Below are positions 34,738 through 47,600 of a stretch of DNA of 64,000 nt, one piece after another. A model generated the notes under the pieces. That model saw only the letters and a list, made by a program, of their open reading frames with translations. It ran no database searches and was not told the DNA's origin. Numbering within the stretch: position 1 is the stretch's first letter; the number at the start of each line of letters is the position of its first letter. Source of the DNA: Eledone cirrhosa (Eukaryota); the NCBI GenBank assembly GCA_964016885.1, contig OZ024745.1, positions 107,508,001 through 107,572,000 on the forward strand. Reading direction: 5' to 3'. The position numbers and the translations under genes are program-made.

Positions 34738-34901
34738 TAAAACAACAAGAAGTAATATCGGCAGATACAAGCCGACAAGAAGTAATATCGGCAGATACAA
34801 TCCCGACGAGGTTGACTTTGCTTTTCATCCTTATGGGGTCCATAAAATAAAGTACCAGTAATGCACTGGGTAATTGCTGGCCTTGTGCCAAAAGTAGAAA
34901 C

Positions 34902-34940
<39 letters not shown>

Positions 34941-35095
34941 CGGAGGCCATATTTGGTTGATTTAGCTTTATTTAAAACTTCGTTAAACATGTTTCACTGC
35001 GGACTATCAATTATGAGATCCTGAGCTCTTCCTTCAGACAGCAACACCTAAAATAAACATTGAAAGTTCCTAAGAAAACGTACACACACACACAC

Positions 35096-35472
<377 letters not shown>

Positions 35473-35650
35473 ATTATTATTATATATAAATTTAGCGTGA
35501 ATCGCATTTCGGCGGGTAGAAAAGAATTGATGGTATAATCCAGTACAGGGTTTCTGCGACACTTAAATCAATAGTACTGTCTGCTTAAAACAATAAGCCT
35601 TTGGTATAATGATCGAACGAGAAATATAACGTTATCAACAGTTATATATA

Positions 35651-36281
35651 TATATATGTGAAGATAGACATAGAATATTCGAAAATATTCTGTATGTTTA
35701 TAATAAACATTTTGAAGACCTAATCGCTATAGAATAGAATACGTCACGTATTACAATTAGATTCTCGATAAAATCAAGGGAAGTAACCTACGCGTTTCAT
35801 TCTTATTAGAAATCTTCAGGATTACATATCCAGTGCTTTTATCGAGAATGACACAGCTAGAGACTTATAGAATACTTAGCTGTGTACAGGAACTGGTTTG
35901 AAAGAGCGGTTGCCGGTCTGGCAGAAATTAGAAATTGGATTAAATGCTCTGAAATAGCGATATATATGTGAAGATAGACATAGAATATTCGAAAATATTC
36001 TGTATGTTTATAATAAACATTTTGAAGACCTAATCGCTATAGAATAGAATACGTCACGTATTACAATTAGATTCTCGATAAAAGCAAGGGAAGTAACCTA
36101 CGCGTTTCATTCTTATTAGAAATCTTCAGGATTACATATCCAGTGCTTTTATCGAGAATGACACAGCTAGAGACTTATAGAATACTTAGCTGTGTACAGG
36201 AACTGGTTTGAAAGAGCGGTTGCCGGTCCGGCAGAAATTAGAAATTGGATTAAATGCTCTGAAGAGCATTTAATCTAATTT

Positions 36282-36283
<2 letters not shown>
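35651..36283 (-). mobile_element. Tandem dimer of a 310-bp HHR-containing unit (retrozyme-like, 'family J')
   Basis: Period exactly 310; two substitutions seen between copies. Minus-strand HHRs at 35783-35825 and 36093-36135: gtaatc-CUGAAGA-tttctaataagaat-GAAAC-GC-GUA-ggttac. Confidence 0.8.
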
Positions 36284-36321
<38 letters not shown>

Positions 36322-36842
36322 GCATATATTTCTATATATATATATATATATATATACATGTAGATAAATCTACCAAGAGTTTACGGTAGTGTCCAATCCG
36401 TATGAAGAACTCAATGTATTCCGGATATCATGGAAAGAAGAGATGTAATGAAAATCCACTTTCGGTGAAAGATAAACGGTATACAGAGTCAAGATAAAAT
36501 ATTAAACAAATAATGAACAAACAATTCCTTATATTAAACAAAAAAAGGTTTATCTTGACTCTGTATACCGTTTATCTTTCACCGAAAGTGGATTTTCATT
36601 ACATCTCTTCTTTCCATGATATCCGGAATACATTGAGTTCTTCATACGGATTGGACACTACCGTAAACTCTTGGTAGATTTATCTACATAATTTTGCTCC
36701 TATTTTCACGGAAATATTCGTATTTTTGTACTGTATGTGTGTATTAATTTTATATTTATGTATAAACATATATATATGTATGATTTTGTAAACCCATATA
36801 CATTTAGTTGAGCTCTTTCAATTGTCCATCATCCATATCACA

Positions 36843-39284
36843 ATGGAAAAACAATATTTAGGAACCTCCTTAAAAAACATACCAATACCTTCTAAGGACG
36901 ACTTCTTACTCCTTATGATTCAGAAAACTAATAATTTTATCAGAAGGGTTAGATGGAGAGCCTACCACTTCGATAGAAAATCTAAACAAGCAGATCGGAA
37001 ATATATGTATGATTTCAACACTTACAAGAATCCACCACACAACTTTTTACTTGAAGACTTCGAGAAAGACCTTTTTAATTTAATTAAACACCTCAAATTT
37101 AAAAAGTATAAATCCGTCTTTCAAAAGGACCTTGATTCTACCCTATTGGACCTAAAAAAGTCTAAAAAAATCCATGTCCACTCGGACAAAACTGGTAACT
37201 TGTATCATATGGATATTGAACATTATAATGAGTTCATATATAAAGAACTCAGAAAAAATTATAAAAAATCTAATAATGTGTCACTCACCAACATCAACAA
37301 CAAAACACACAACATAGTAAAAAAACTAAATATTGAAGATAGAACTGAACCTTTGGCATTGAAAAGTCCACACTTCAACCTGAAAGATCACAAATCTAAC
37401 TTTAACTCTAATCCTTCTATTAGACTTATATGTCCCTCCAAATCAGATATTGGAATAATTAGCAAAAAAATTTTAGATAGAGTCATCCCTCAAATAAGAA
37501 AATACGTTATTTTACCACTCTGGGAAAACACCTCCCAGGTAATTAATTGGTTTAAAAATATTAGGTGTAAATCTTCTGCTTCTTTCCTACAATTTGATAT
37601 AGATAATTACTATTCTTCTATATCACCCATACTCCTGAACAAAGCATTAATATTTGCTAAAAATAGATCTAATTTAACTTCGGATGACATTAACATTATT
37701 ACACATGCTAGACAAACACTTATTGAATTTCAGAATGAATACTGGACCAGAAACACTTACAGTAATCTTTTTGATATTACTATGGGTTCAAGCGATTCCG
37801 CCCAAATTACTGATCTTGTGGGCCTCTTTCTCCTTTTCAACATAAATGCCTCTTTTCCCCACCTCAAAGGTGGTTTATATCGTGATGACTGTCTTCTTCT
37901 TTCTAACAACCTTAGCCTTTCAGAAATCGAAAAAAACAAAAAGCATATTAGAACTTTCCTTAAAGACTATTATAATCTTAATATTACTTTTGAAAAAACA
38001 AGTAAAGTAGTAAATTTCCTAGATATAACTTTAGATTTAGCTACGGGTATATACCAACCTTACCATAAACCTAACCAAAACTTACATTACATACACTCAC
38101 AATCTAATCACCCTAAATCTATCCTTAAAAACCTTGCATATAATATATCACTTAGAATTTCTAACCTTTCTTCTAACCAAGATGTATTTGATAAAAATGC
38201 GACCTTTTATAATGAAGCTCTAGATAGAAGTGGCCACAAAAATAGATTAGAGTATATACCTTCTACTAAAAATACTGAAAGCATACAGCATAATATTACC
38301 AACAAACACCAAATGAAAAGTACACACCTAAATGCCACCCACAGTATACCCCAAAATACTAAATCTTCTAATATAAAGTATAGTAACCCTCAAAAAACTA
38401 CTCATCATACGACTATAATAAATATTAATAATAAAACTCCTAATAAAAAAGATAAAACACCTAAATCTACAAATATAACTAAAAATAGTTGTGGTGAGAT
38501 CATTAACATTAATCCTCCTAGTAAAAATCATGATACAACATATAAAAATAATAAAAATAATAAACAACATAGAAACCGTAATAGACGAGTTACTTGGTAT
38601 AATGCTCCTTTTAATTTACAAGTTAAGGATAATATTGCTAAAAAATTTTTTTATATCCTTGAGAAAAACTTCCCGCCAAACCACAAATACCATCAAATCT
38701 TAAATAGGTCTACAGTTAAATTCTCATACTCTACAACAAATAACATAAAACAAAATATAAGTGCATATAATGCATATAAATGTAAGAAAACCATAAGTAT
38801 ACCACCAGTACATCAAATTAACAATAATATCTCCTCAAATACAGAATTAACGAAAGGATGTAACTGTAGAAACAAAACAAACTGCCCATTAAAAGGGAAT
38901 TGTCTTGTTAACAACATAGTCTATAAATGTAATGTTAAAACTAAAGATTCTATTTGCTCATATATAGGAGCTACCTCTAACAATTTTAAGACAAGGTATA
39001 ATACCCACAAACATAGCTTTAAAAATGCCGCACTGGCTAATACAACATCTCTAGCAGAAAAAATCAATAGTTATAAAAATAAAAATATAAAATATGATTT
39101 GACCTGGAGTGTGCTCAAAAGAGCCACCCCTTATCAAAATAATAGAAAGGAATGTAGATTATGTTCCCAAGAACTATTTGAAATAATGAAGTCTAGGGAT
39201 ATCTTATTAAATAAAAGACAGGAATTAATTATATCGTGTAATCATAAACTAAAAAAAACATTTAAATATTATAAACCTAATTAA
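36843..39284 (+). CDS. PLE polyprotein: reverse transcriptase + C-terminal GIY-YIG endonuclease (Hydra-clade-like), 813 aa from the first ATG
   Basis: Uninterrupted ORF with HSDKTGNLY, LQFDIDNYYSSI, ITMGSSDSAQITDL, GGLYRDD, NFLDITL, CNCRNKTNCP linker, NIVYKC..SYIGAT..FKTRYNTH, CRLCSQE, LLNKR. Confidence 0.93.
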   Translation: MEKQYLGTSLKNIPIPSKDDFLLLMIQKTNNFIRRVRWRAYHFDRKSKQADRKYMYDFNTYKNPPHNFLLEDFEKDLFNLIKHLKFKKYKSVFQKDLDSTLLDLKKSKKIHVHSDKTGNLYHMDIEHYNEFIYKELRKNYKKSNNVSLTNINNKTHNIVKKLNIEDRTEPLALKSPHFNLKDHKSNFNSNPSIRLICPSKSDIGIISKKILDRVIPQIRKYVILPLWENTSQVINWFKNIRCKSSASFLQFDIDNYYSSISPILLNKALIFAKNRSNLTSDDINIITHARQTLIEFQNEYWTRNTYSNLFDITMGSSDSAQITDLVGLFLLFNINASFPHLKGGLYRDDCLLLSNNLSLSEIEKNKKHIRTFLKDYYNLNITFEKTSKVVNFLDITLDLATGIYQPYHKPNQNLHYIHSQSNHPKSILKNLAYNISLRISNLSSNQDVFDKNATFYNEALDRSGHKNRLEYIPSTKNTESIQHNITNKHQMKSTHLNATHSIPQNTKSSNIKYSNPQKTTHHTTIININNKTPNKKDKTPKSTNITKNSCGEIININPPSKNHDTTYKNNKNNKQHRNRNRRVTWYNAPFNLQVKDNIAKKFFYILEKNFPPNHKYHQILNRSTVKFSYSTTNNIKQNISAYNAYKCKKTISIPPVHQINNNISSNTELTKGCNCRNKTNCPLKGNCLVNNIVYKCNVKTKDSICSYIGATSNNFKTRYNTHKHSFKNAALANTTSLAEKINSYKNKNIKYDLTWSVLKRATPYQNNRKECRLCSQELFEIMKSRDILLNKRQELIISCNHKLKKTFKYYKPN

Positions 39285-41041
39285 TAACATTATTCTAGAA
39301 TTTAATTTAATTTAAATGTTAGTTAACCTATAAATTTAATTTAATTAATATTTTATTACAGATGAGAAAATATTATGTAATCATAAATTTTGAAAAACCT
39401 TTAAATATTACTAATATATACTCAGTAATTTAATTTATAGATTAATTTTAATTTATTTTAACCTTTTATTATAATTTTTTTTATTATAATTTATTTTATT
39501 ATAATTCTTTTACAGATAAAATATAACAAAATAATATCATGTATCCTATGACGGAGAAAGAATTTTTAGTATTATAGACCTAATTAATATACATTTTGGA
39601 AATATATTTATTATTTGGTTTTAGTTTTAATCAACCTAAAACTTTAATTTTAATTTGCTTAAAATTAGTATCCTTGTACAGACGAATTGCAGAATGTCAT
39701 GTAATCATAGAATGGGATGTGTTTTGGATATATACCTAGTTAATATATTCTGTGCAATTTTTTGAAAAAGATATGTATATCTATATGTATATGTATATGT
39801 GTGTGTTGTATGTGTATCTGTTTGTATATTTATGTGACTATATATGTATATATGTGTATATATATGTATATGTATATATATATATATGTGTGTATATGTA
39901 TATATATGTGTATGTGTATGTATATGTATATGTATGCGTATTAATTTTGATTTTTATTTGCATATAATTATATTATGCTATTGATGAAATACAATATCTG
40001 CTTTATGTATTGTATACCTAATTAACATATACTAATTAACGTATACTATTGAAATAAATATATAATTTTTAATTTAGTTAACATATAATTTATATGCTAC
40101 TACCGATGTAATACTTTATTTTATTTTTATTTGGGTTTCTTTTCCCTATTACTAAATTCATCTCCTAATATTGATACCATAACGTTATTAACTTTAATTT
40201 AGTTATAATGTAATTAATAATCTACTACTGTTTGACTTCATAATTCTGCTTCAAATATTATAAACCTAACTAATTTACACCTTGGAAATCAATATGTTGA
40301 CTATCTTTGGTTTAGTTAACATATGATTAATGGTATACTTTTTTATTTTGGGATGCATAGATTTCGTATTTCCTAGCACTGAAAATATGTAAGAACATAC
40401 ATTGAATTAAGATACGGAAAATATTATATGTTTCTTGAAACATATATTTACTTTGATCCCCTTCTCCAAACCCCCCCTTTCCCCCATACTATTATCATCT
40501 GTTTTTGTAAGCGTATATATATGAATATATGTGTAGGTGGGTGTCTATATAGGTTTTGGTATTTATTTCTAAATATAAAAATACATATATGAGCATGTAA
40601 ATATGAATGTAAGATTGAGTGTGTATATATGATTGTGCATACATATGTATGTATATATATGTATATATATGTATTATATATGTATGTGTATGTGAATGTG
40701 TAGTATGTATATGTGTATGTATATGTATATATGTGTATGTATGTGTATGCTTGTATATAGGAATATATATATGTGTGTATATATGTATGTATATGTATAT
40801 GCGTGTTTGTATGTATGTGTATATGGGTTCTGTATATATTTGTATGTCTCTCTATTTATATGTTTATCTTCGTATCTATGTGATATATGTGTGTATGTGT
40901 GCACGTATGCATATGTATGTGTTTGTGTGTGTTTGTATGTGTGTGTGTATATATATATGAATTTGCGCACACTCACATACACACATATATATATATATAT
41001 ATGTGAGTGTGTATGTGTGTCTGTGTGTGTGTGTGTGTGTG

Positions 41042-41084
<43 letters not shown>

Positions 41085-41495
41085 ATATATATAGATATAT
41101 ATATATATATATATGTATGTATATGTGTATATAGGTGTCTATGTGTGAATATATGTCTTTATTCGTATGTGTGTATTTATGTATGTATATATTTAGGTGT
41201 ATGTATGTGTATGTATGTATGTGTATATATATATATATATGTATATATGTATATGTGTGTATGTATATATATATATATATATATATTATTCTTTATTATT
41301 ATTGTAATATAACTTATGTGTATATGTGTATAAGTGAGGTTGTGTATGTATATATACTATGTGTATATATAAGAGTAATGAAATATATATATATATATAT
41401 ATGTGTGCATGTCTGTTTTTTATGTGTGTGTATATATATATATGTATGTGTATATGTATGTATATATGTATATATATGTGTACGTGTGTGTATGT

Positions 41496-41529
<34 letters not shown>

Positions 41530-41638
41530 GTGGGTGTTTGTATGTGTATTTATGGTGGTATGAGTGTGGGGATATATATGTTTGTATATATATATGTATA
41601 TGTATATATATATATATGAGTCTATGTGTGTGTGTATA

Positions 41639-41677
<39 letters not shown>

Positions 41678-42441
41678 ATGTGTATGTGTTGCGCGTGAGT
41701 GTGTGTGTATTTATATCTTTTTATATGTGTATGTGTATGTTCGTGTAAATGTATGTGTGTGTATGACAGTATAGGTATGTGTGTATGTATGTATGTGTAG
41801 ATATCTCTATGTGCGCGTACATGTATGTATGTGTATGTATATCTGTATGTGTATGTACATTTTATTATATTTTATTGTTTTTATTTTATTTTTTTATTTT
41901 TCTTAATTTATAGATACATTTATATTAGGCTGTCTGGTCTGACAATCTAATACTGACCCCTCCCCCCCCCCTCCCACCTAATTTCTGTATCTTGATCTTG
42001 AAATGTGTGTACCAGTGTTTTTATGTGAGTGACTTAATTTCTATTTGCTTATGATTTTATATCCACATATATAAATGTGAGTGGGGGAGTGTGTGTGTTT
42101 GTATGTTCGTGGTTATGTGTATATTTATGCATATACGCACATGTATGTGTGATTATACTGATATGTGTGAGTATGAAAAAAATATATTTATATGCTTGAC
42201 TCCATAAGTATCATTGCGTATCTTATCAGCGCATTAAGCTTACAGAGATATTAACCTTGAAATTTTGTGGTTGCATCCATCTTTTTAGTATGCACATACA
42301 AATTATACACACATTATTGTAAAATATGTGTAAGGTTTTTACATGTATATACACACACCAAACTGCTTTTAACCCTTTGTGTTTTTCATTGGTCAATTTT
42401 GAACTGATATTTTGTATTGTTGTTATTATCAATAAATATAC

Positions 42442-42596
42442 TTCATTATTTCTGAAGACGGCGTATATATGAGTTAGGTATGTATATTTAATCTTGATAA
42501 TTTGTATAATTTTGTATAATTTTGTACATAGATCTGTTAAATATGCATACCAATTATAACACATATATACCCTAGAAACGATCGTTAAATAGTGAA
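42442..42596 (+). ncRNA. Type I HHR at the 3' end of the intact PLE, with ~115-nt stem II domain
   Basis: ttcattattt-CUGAAGA(42452)-...gtatatatg...catatatac...-GAAAC(42575)-GAUC-GUU-aaatagtgaa; 10-bp stem I with one G-U pair. Confidence 0.72.
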
Positions 42597-42661
42597 CTTT
42601 TTTTGTTTAATATAAGGAATTGTTTGTTCATTATTTGTTTAATATTTTATATACATGTATA

Positions 42662-42786
<125 letters not shown>

Positions 42787-42800
42787 TTTATATATATATA

Positions 42801-42990
42801 TTTATTAAAATAACAGATTAAAGTTTAAGATCCCGTTAAGGGCGAAAAATGCGTTTCTTTGCTTAAACTTTAATCTGTTATTTTAATAAATATTTGCTCT
42901 ACGGTTCTTATATATTTGATATATATTTATCCTTATTATCTTTATCGAGCCCTCTTTGGATATTAGTCTTCAAATTTATTATTATTACTA
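42801..42990 (+). mobile_element. Solo pLTR of the 30151-33416 PLE family with short fold-back
   Basis: Matches 33357-33416 and the reverse complement of 30151-30300. Confidence 0.75.
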
Positions 42991-42992
42991 TA

Positions 42993-43305
42993 CAATCCCG
43001 ACGAGGTTGACTTTGCCTTTCATCCTTATGGGGTCGATAAAATAAAGTACCAGTAATGCACTGGGTAATTGCTGGCCTTGTGCCAAAAGTAGAAACAATT
43101 ATTATATATATATATATATATATTGGTGAGAGAATTGGATTCACCATCGTGAGGTTGTGATGTCGATTCCTGGATCGAGCGATGCGCTATGTCCTTCAGC
43201 AAGACACTTTTTTTTCACGTTGCTCCTCTTACTTGCAGTTAGCAATTGGAAAGACCAACGGAAACATTGTTTCCTCGGTCCGATTTGACGAAAGACGATC
43301 GACTG

Positions 43306-43310
<5 letters not shown>
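42993..43310 (+). mobile_element. SINE fragments (42993-43100 main SINE 3' half; 43125-43310 second family)
   Basis: Homology to 17700-17818 and 5582-5680, respectively. Confidence 0.65.
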
Positions 43311-43363
<53 letters not shown>

Positions 43364-44529
43364 GAGCCGGGACCTTCCTCAAGATATATGGACAGTAGCA
43401 ACACAAGAAGATTTGAACTCCCCCTCAAGCTATAAGGACTTCTCCAGAACATGTAGACACCTCTCGGCCAGACCTCCCTCACGCTATATGGGTAATAACA
43501 ACACACTAGGTTGAGAACTGCCCTCAAGCCATAGGGACCAACCCAGGCTGAGCAGACACCATGATAGCCTAGAGATTGATTCTGACAAACCCATTATAAT
43601 TTGGCCAACATCTTTATAACATTTTAATTTACTTGATTTTTGATTTTTCAATTTTGATTTCTCATTATTTATTTGTTATTTGTTTTCTGTTCTCTTCACT
43701 TTATCACCTTATATTTATTTTTAAGTTGAGATTGGTTATAACACAAACACATTTTATTTGATTATCTTATTCTTTTACCATCTTGTCCCTCATACCAATC
43801 TATCCAACATATTTCTGACCTTGAGATTGGTTATAGCACACACACACACTTTATCTTACTTTATTTGAATCTCCATTTTATTTTTCACTTCTCCATATTC
43901 ATTTTCATTACTTTTTCATTACTTTTTCATTAATTTTTCATTTATTCTTTATTCTCTAGCTATTTATTTATTATTTATTTTCTGTTTTCTTCATTTTATT
44001 GCCTTATATTTCTTCATATACATGGAAGAACCCCCAACACACACCCACCCACCCACCCACCACCACCACCACCACGGGAGATGGTGGCAGCAGGGATGAA
44101 GAAACACACACACACAGATACTTCTAAATTGTCAGCAGCAGCAAGACATAAGCTGACCACAACACCAACAACACTACCAAAATAAGGGTAGAGATCAGAT
44201 GTACTTAACAATAGCAAACACAAACAATACAGGGAGCTTCATCCCAGAAAGAATTTCTATAGACTTTAGACTGAGGAATACTCTCAAAACTGACCAATGG
44301 GAAGTTTGACATTTTTTTTATTTTGTTCCTTTACCACTTTATCAATTTTTTTTTAGCTAACTCCAACAATAACAACACTACCAACACAAGTATAGAAGTC
44401 AGATGTACCTAACAATAACAAGAACAACAACTACAGATTGGCTTGCCTCAGAACGAATTTCTATAGACTTTTGAATGAGGAATGTTCTAACAACTGACCA
44501 ATGAGAGGAGAAGAGGCCCTTTGACACTG

Positions 44530-44760
44530 AAATTCGTTTGTTTAAATTCATATGATTCCAGTTCCTCAGTGATGTAACAACCCAACCAGAAACTGGGCAT
44601 ATCAGAGTATTGACAAAGTTATACACCTCAACAACATATGTACTTGTCTATACCACACTAATTCAGACTGCCTGACGAGGTCACAGCCAAAGATGGCTGT
44701 CACCGAAATATATATAACAGTAATAAACGAAGCTAAATTTTAAACATCTGACTCATTTAT
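44530..44760 (+). mobile_element. Family K PLE-type 3' end with HHR 44667-44721
   Basis: actgc-CUGACGA-ggtcacagcc aaagat ggctgtcacc-GAAAU-AUAU-AUA-acagt; homologous to 54075-54300. The element may extend left to ~43360. Confidence 0.75.
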
Positions 44761-44802
44761 TTTATTTTATTTTATTTTATTTTATTTTATTTTATTTTAT
44801 TT

Positions 44803-44892
<90 letters not shown>

Positions 44893-45589
44893 GCGAAAAT
44901 CAACCCAAACCAAACAGTGAGTGTGTTCTGTTATTATTTCTGGCGATATTATAACAATATGACCCTCCCCAAGTATAACAATATATATATATGTATATAT
45001 TTAAAGTGGGGGGGGGGGGGACAAGAACAGAAAGGCAAAGTGGTATTGGTGATAGCAAGGGAGAACGATGAAATGTTAACTCTCTTTATTTTAAATCCTT
45101 AAGCAATTGTTCTGTTATCATTATCTATGAAGGAATTTAACATTTGTTTTCGACTGTAGCAATGCCTGATGTTGGCATTAAAACCCATTAGTCACCTGTT
45201 GAAGCCATAATCGATTATTCCGATGCCTACAGCAAATGAATATCTCCTCTATGTCCTGGCAATGGCTATATAATTAAATTGCCTGCCCTTATCTCTATAA
45301 AATCATTACAATGCGTTCGTTTTCCGTTGTTCTGTTTTTGTTTTTTTCCATAATGTTGATTTGTTTATCTGTTCTGCTATAATTTCTGTTATACCAATTC
45401 TATGGCATCTGCACAGGTTCATCAATTCATTAATTGGTCCAATGTTTGCCAGAAATAAGATGAATCCGTTTTGAACTCCATCATGTGTGCATTTAAGGAT
45501 ATCTATACATATAGCTATACATGATTTCAAATCTCTCTCTCTCGCTTCCTTTCTACATCTCTATATCTATCTATCTATATATATATTCT

Positions 45590-45702
<113 letters not shown>

Positions 45703-46917
45703 TATATATATATATATGTGTATATATATATATATATGTAAGTTTATCCCGGGTTCAATCGGGGGTAACTACAGTAAGTAAGGTACTGAATACATACCAG
45801 AGTACAGATATTTAATATAGAATTGGCTTCTACGTGACTAGACTGTTTCATACGGGAGAATGCGTGTGTTTGTTTGTGTACGGGTGTGTGTATCGTTTTA
45901 TGTGTACGGATGTGTGTATCTTTTTATCTACATATTTATCTCTAGGTAGAAGCAATAAATTCAAATCCTATACACCTATACATACATACTTGTATACATA
46001 AAACCTCACATATTCTGCTTGTGGTGTTTTGCGCGTACGTGGTTATGTGAGTAAGTGTTAATAATTTAATCGTTTTAAAGGAAAATAATGTGAAAGGTGG
46101 TATTTGAATATTTAAAACTTAACTTCTACGCCAGACGATTGATAACGAGTTATAATGTTTATACCTTTCATAATGGAGAAATATTTTCGATACAACGAGT
46201 GTTTAAACCATGAAAATTATCTTCCAAGGTTCTGCGGTTAGTTAATTGGAGACTTTGTTGCCAAAAGGATCTTTGCATATTCTGTTATCATCCTCATTAA
46301 CATTCCATCTATTTTAGAGTTCGTCTCAGGGAGGTAGCTCACCCGTTGCTCTTCTTTTCCTCTAACGATCACAGAGAAAATTCTTATATATTCTTGACAG
46401 AATTCGAACCAAATACTATCTATTGCCTCATAATTGTTATTGTTATTTTGCCTCTTACTGTTGGTGTTGATGGTTAGTGACAATTCAACAGTAATACAGC
46501 AGATATGTGATCAAGGAATGTGTGTGTGTGTGTGTGTGCGCGCGCATGTCTATATGTGTGCGTGCGGTTGGATGTAAAATTATGAAATATTTGAGAACTT
46601 TCGTGGTAAGGAATTGACACCAGGGTCACTGCAAAGCACCATCCAGCCAATGATCTACTAATGGAGCCTTTATGTATATATACAGTTAACTCTCTCTCAA
46701 AATACTATTCCGTCTTAAAGAAGAAAATACACATTGAATAATATACATTTAATATGTTTATATTCTAGCTGTATATATATATAAGCGTGAAAATAAAAAC
46801 CAGTCCCCACCCCCACTCTTAAGCGTGAAACTAAAAACCATATCATTTGTACTGCCTTTCTGTTTTTCGTTCTCTATTCATTTTTTAAACTATATATAAA
46901 TATATATATATATATAT

Positions 46918-47600
46918 AAGTTATTCCGGGTTGAATCGGAGGTAACCACAGTAAGTAAGGTACTCAATACATAGCAGATTATAAAAGTTTTAATATAGAA
47001 GGGCTTCTACAGGACTAGAACTGTTTCATTCGTGAGAAATAATCAGGAAGCTGGCTGTCCAAGTAAATGGTAGTATTTATGTCTTTCCTTATCTGGTGGT
47101 AGGAGAGGGTGGGGATTGGGATGGGTGTAGGTCATTGGTTGAAGTATTTAAAGAAAAGGGAGTTAATTAAAAGCTAATTTTTAAAGCTATAATATTAACG
47201 AAGGCAGAAAGAATACTGTAAACAAGTTTAAAGTTGGAATACCAATCCTTGTTTATCACTTAAAGTAACAATGCCTGTAAGACAGGTGTCTAAAGGATGG
47301 GTGGGGTTCACTGGTTTAAAGAAAAGGGAAATTCTTTAGAAGCTAATTCTTTAAGCTAATTCTTTAAGAGTGACAAAGGTAGAAAAGGTTCCATCAACAG
47401 ATTCAAGTGTTGGGGTGAACCCCCTATAGTAAAGTTTCTCTTAATATATATTCCAGGTGTTGGCAAACACATTCACACACGCGCCCACTTACACACGTAC
47501 ACTCACTTACACGCACGCACACACAGGCAGACACACACACAACAAACATACATAATGGTACATACACACATACATACAAATACATACATACATACATATA
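46918..47600 (-). mobile_element. Family A PLE 3' UTR/pLTR; HHR 47003-47051 with CUGAUUA core
   Basis: Reverse complement of 431-1030 plus the downstream tail seen at 4857-4920; related fragments at 45738-45860 and 59036-59060. Confidence 0.8.

Larger units (their letters stand above)
36358..42650 (+). mobile_element. Full-length Penelope-like retroelement (body 36549-42650) with 5' inverted pLTR (36358-36547)
   Basis: Arms 36358-36498 and 36549-36689 are reverse complements. The spacer is the reverse complement of the element's 3' end (42597-42650). Flanked by (TA)n. Confidence 0.88.

Noticed and set aside
35651-36283. CRISPR array or prokaryotic system
   Set aside because: No short repeat-unique spacer periodicity and no cas genes; the sequence is eukaryotic and the repeats are retroelement-derived.
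36843-39284. Selenoprotein-encoding or N-terminal-EN (Naiad/Chlamys) PLE; telomerase
   Set aside because: The EN is C-terminal, there are no in-frame TGA codons, and GIY-YIG plus pLTR indicate a PLE rather than TERT.
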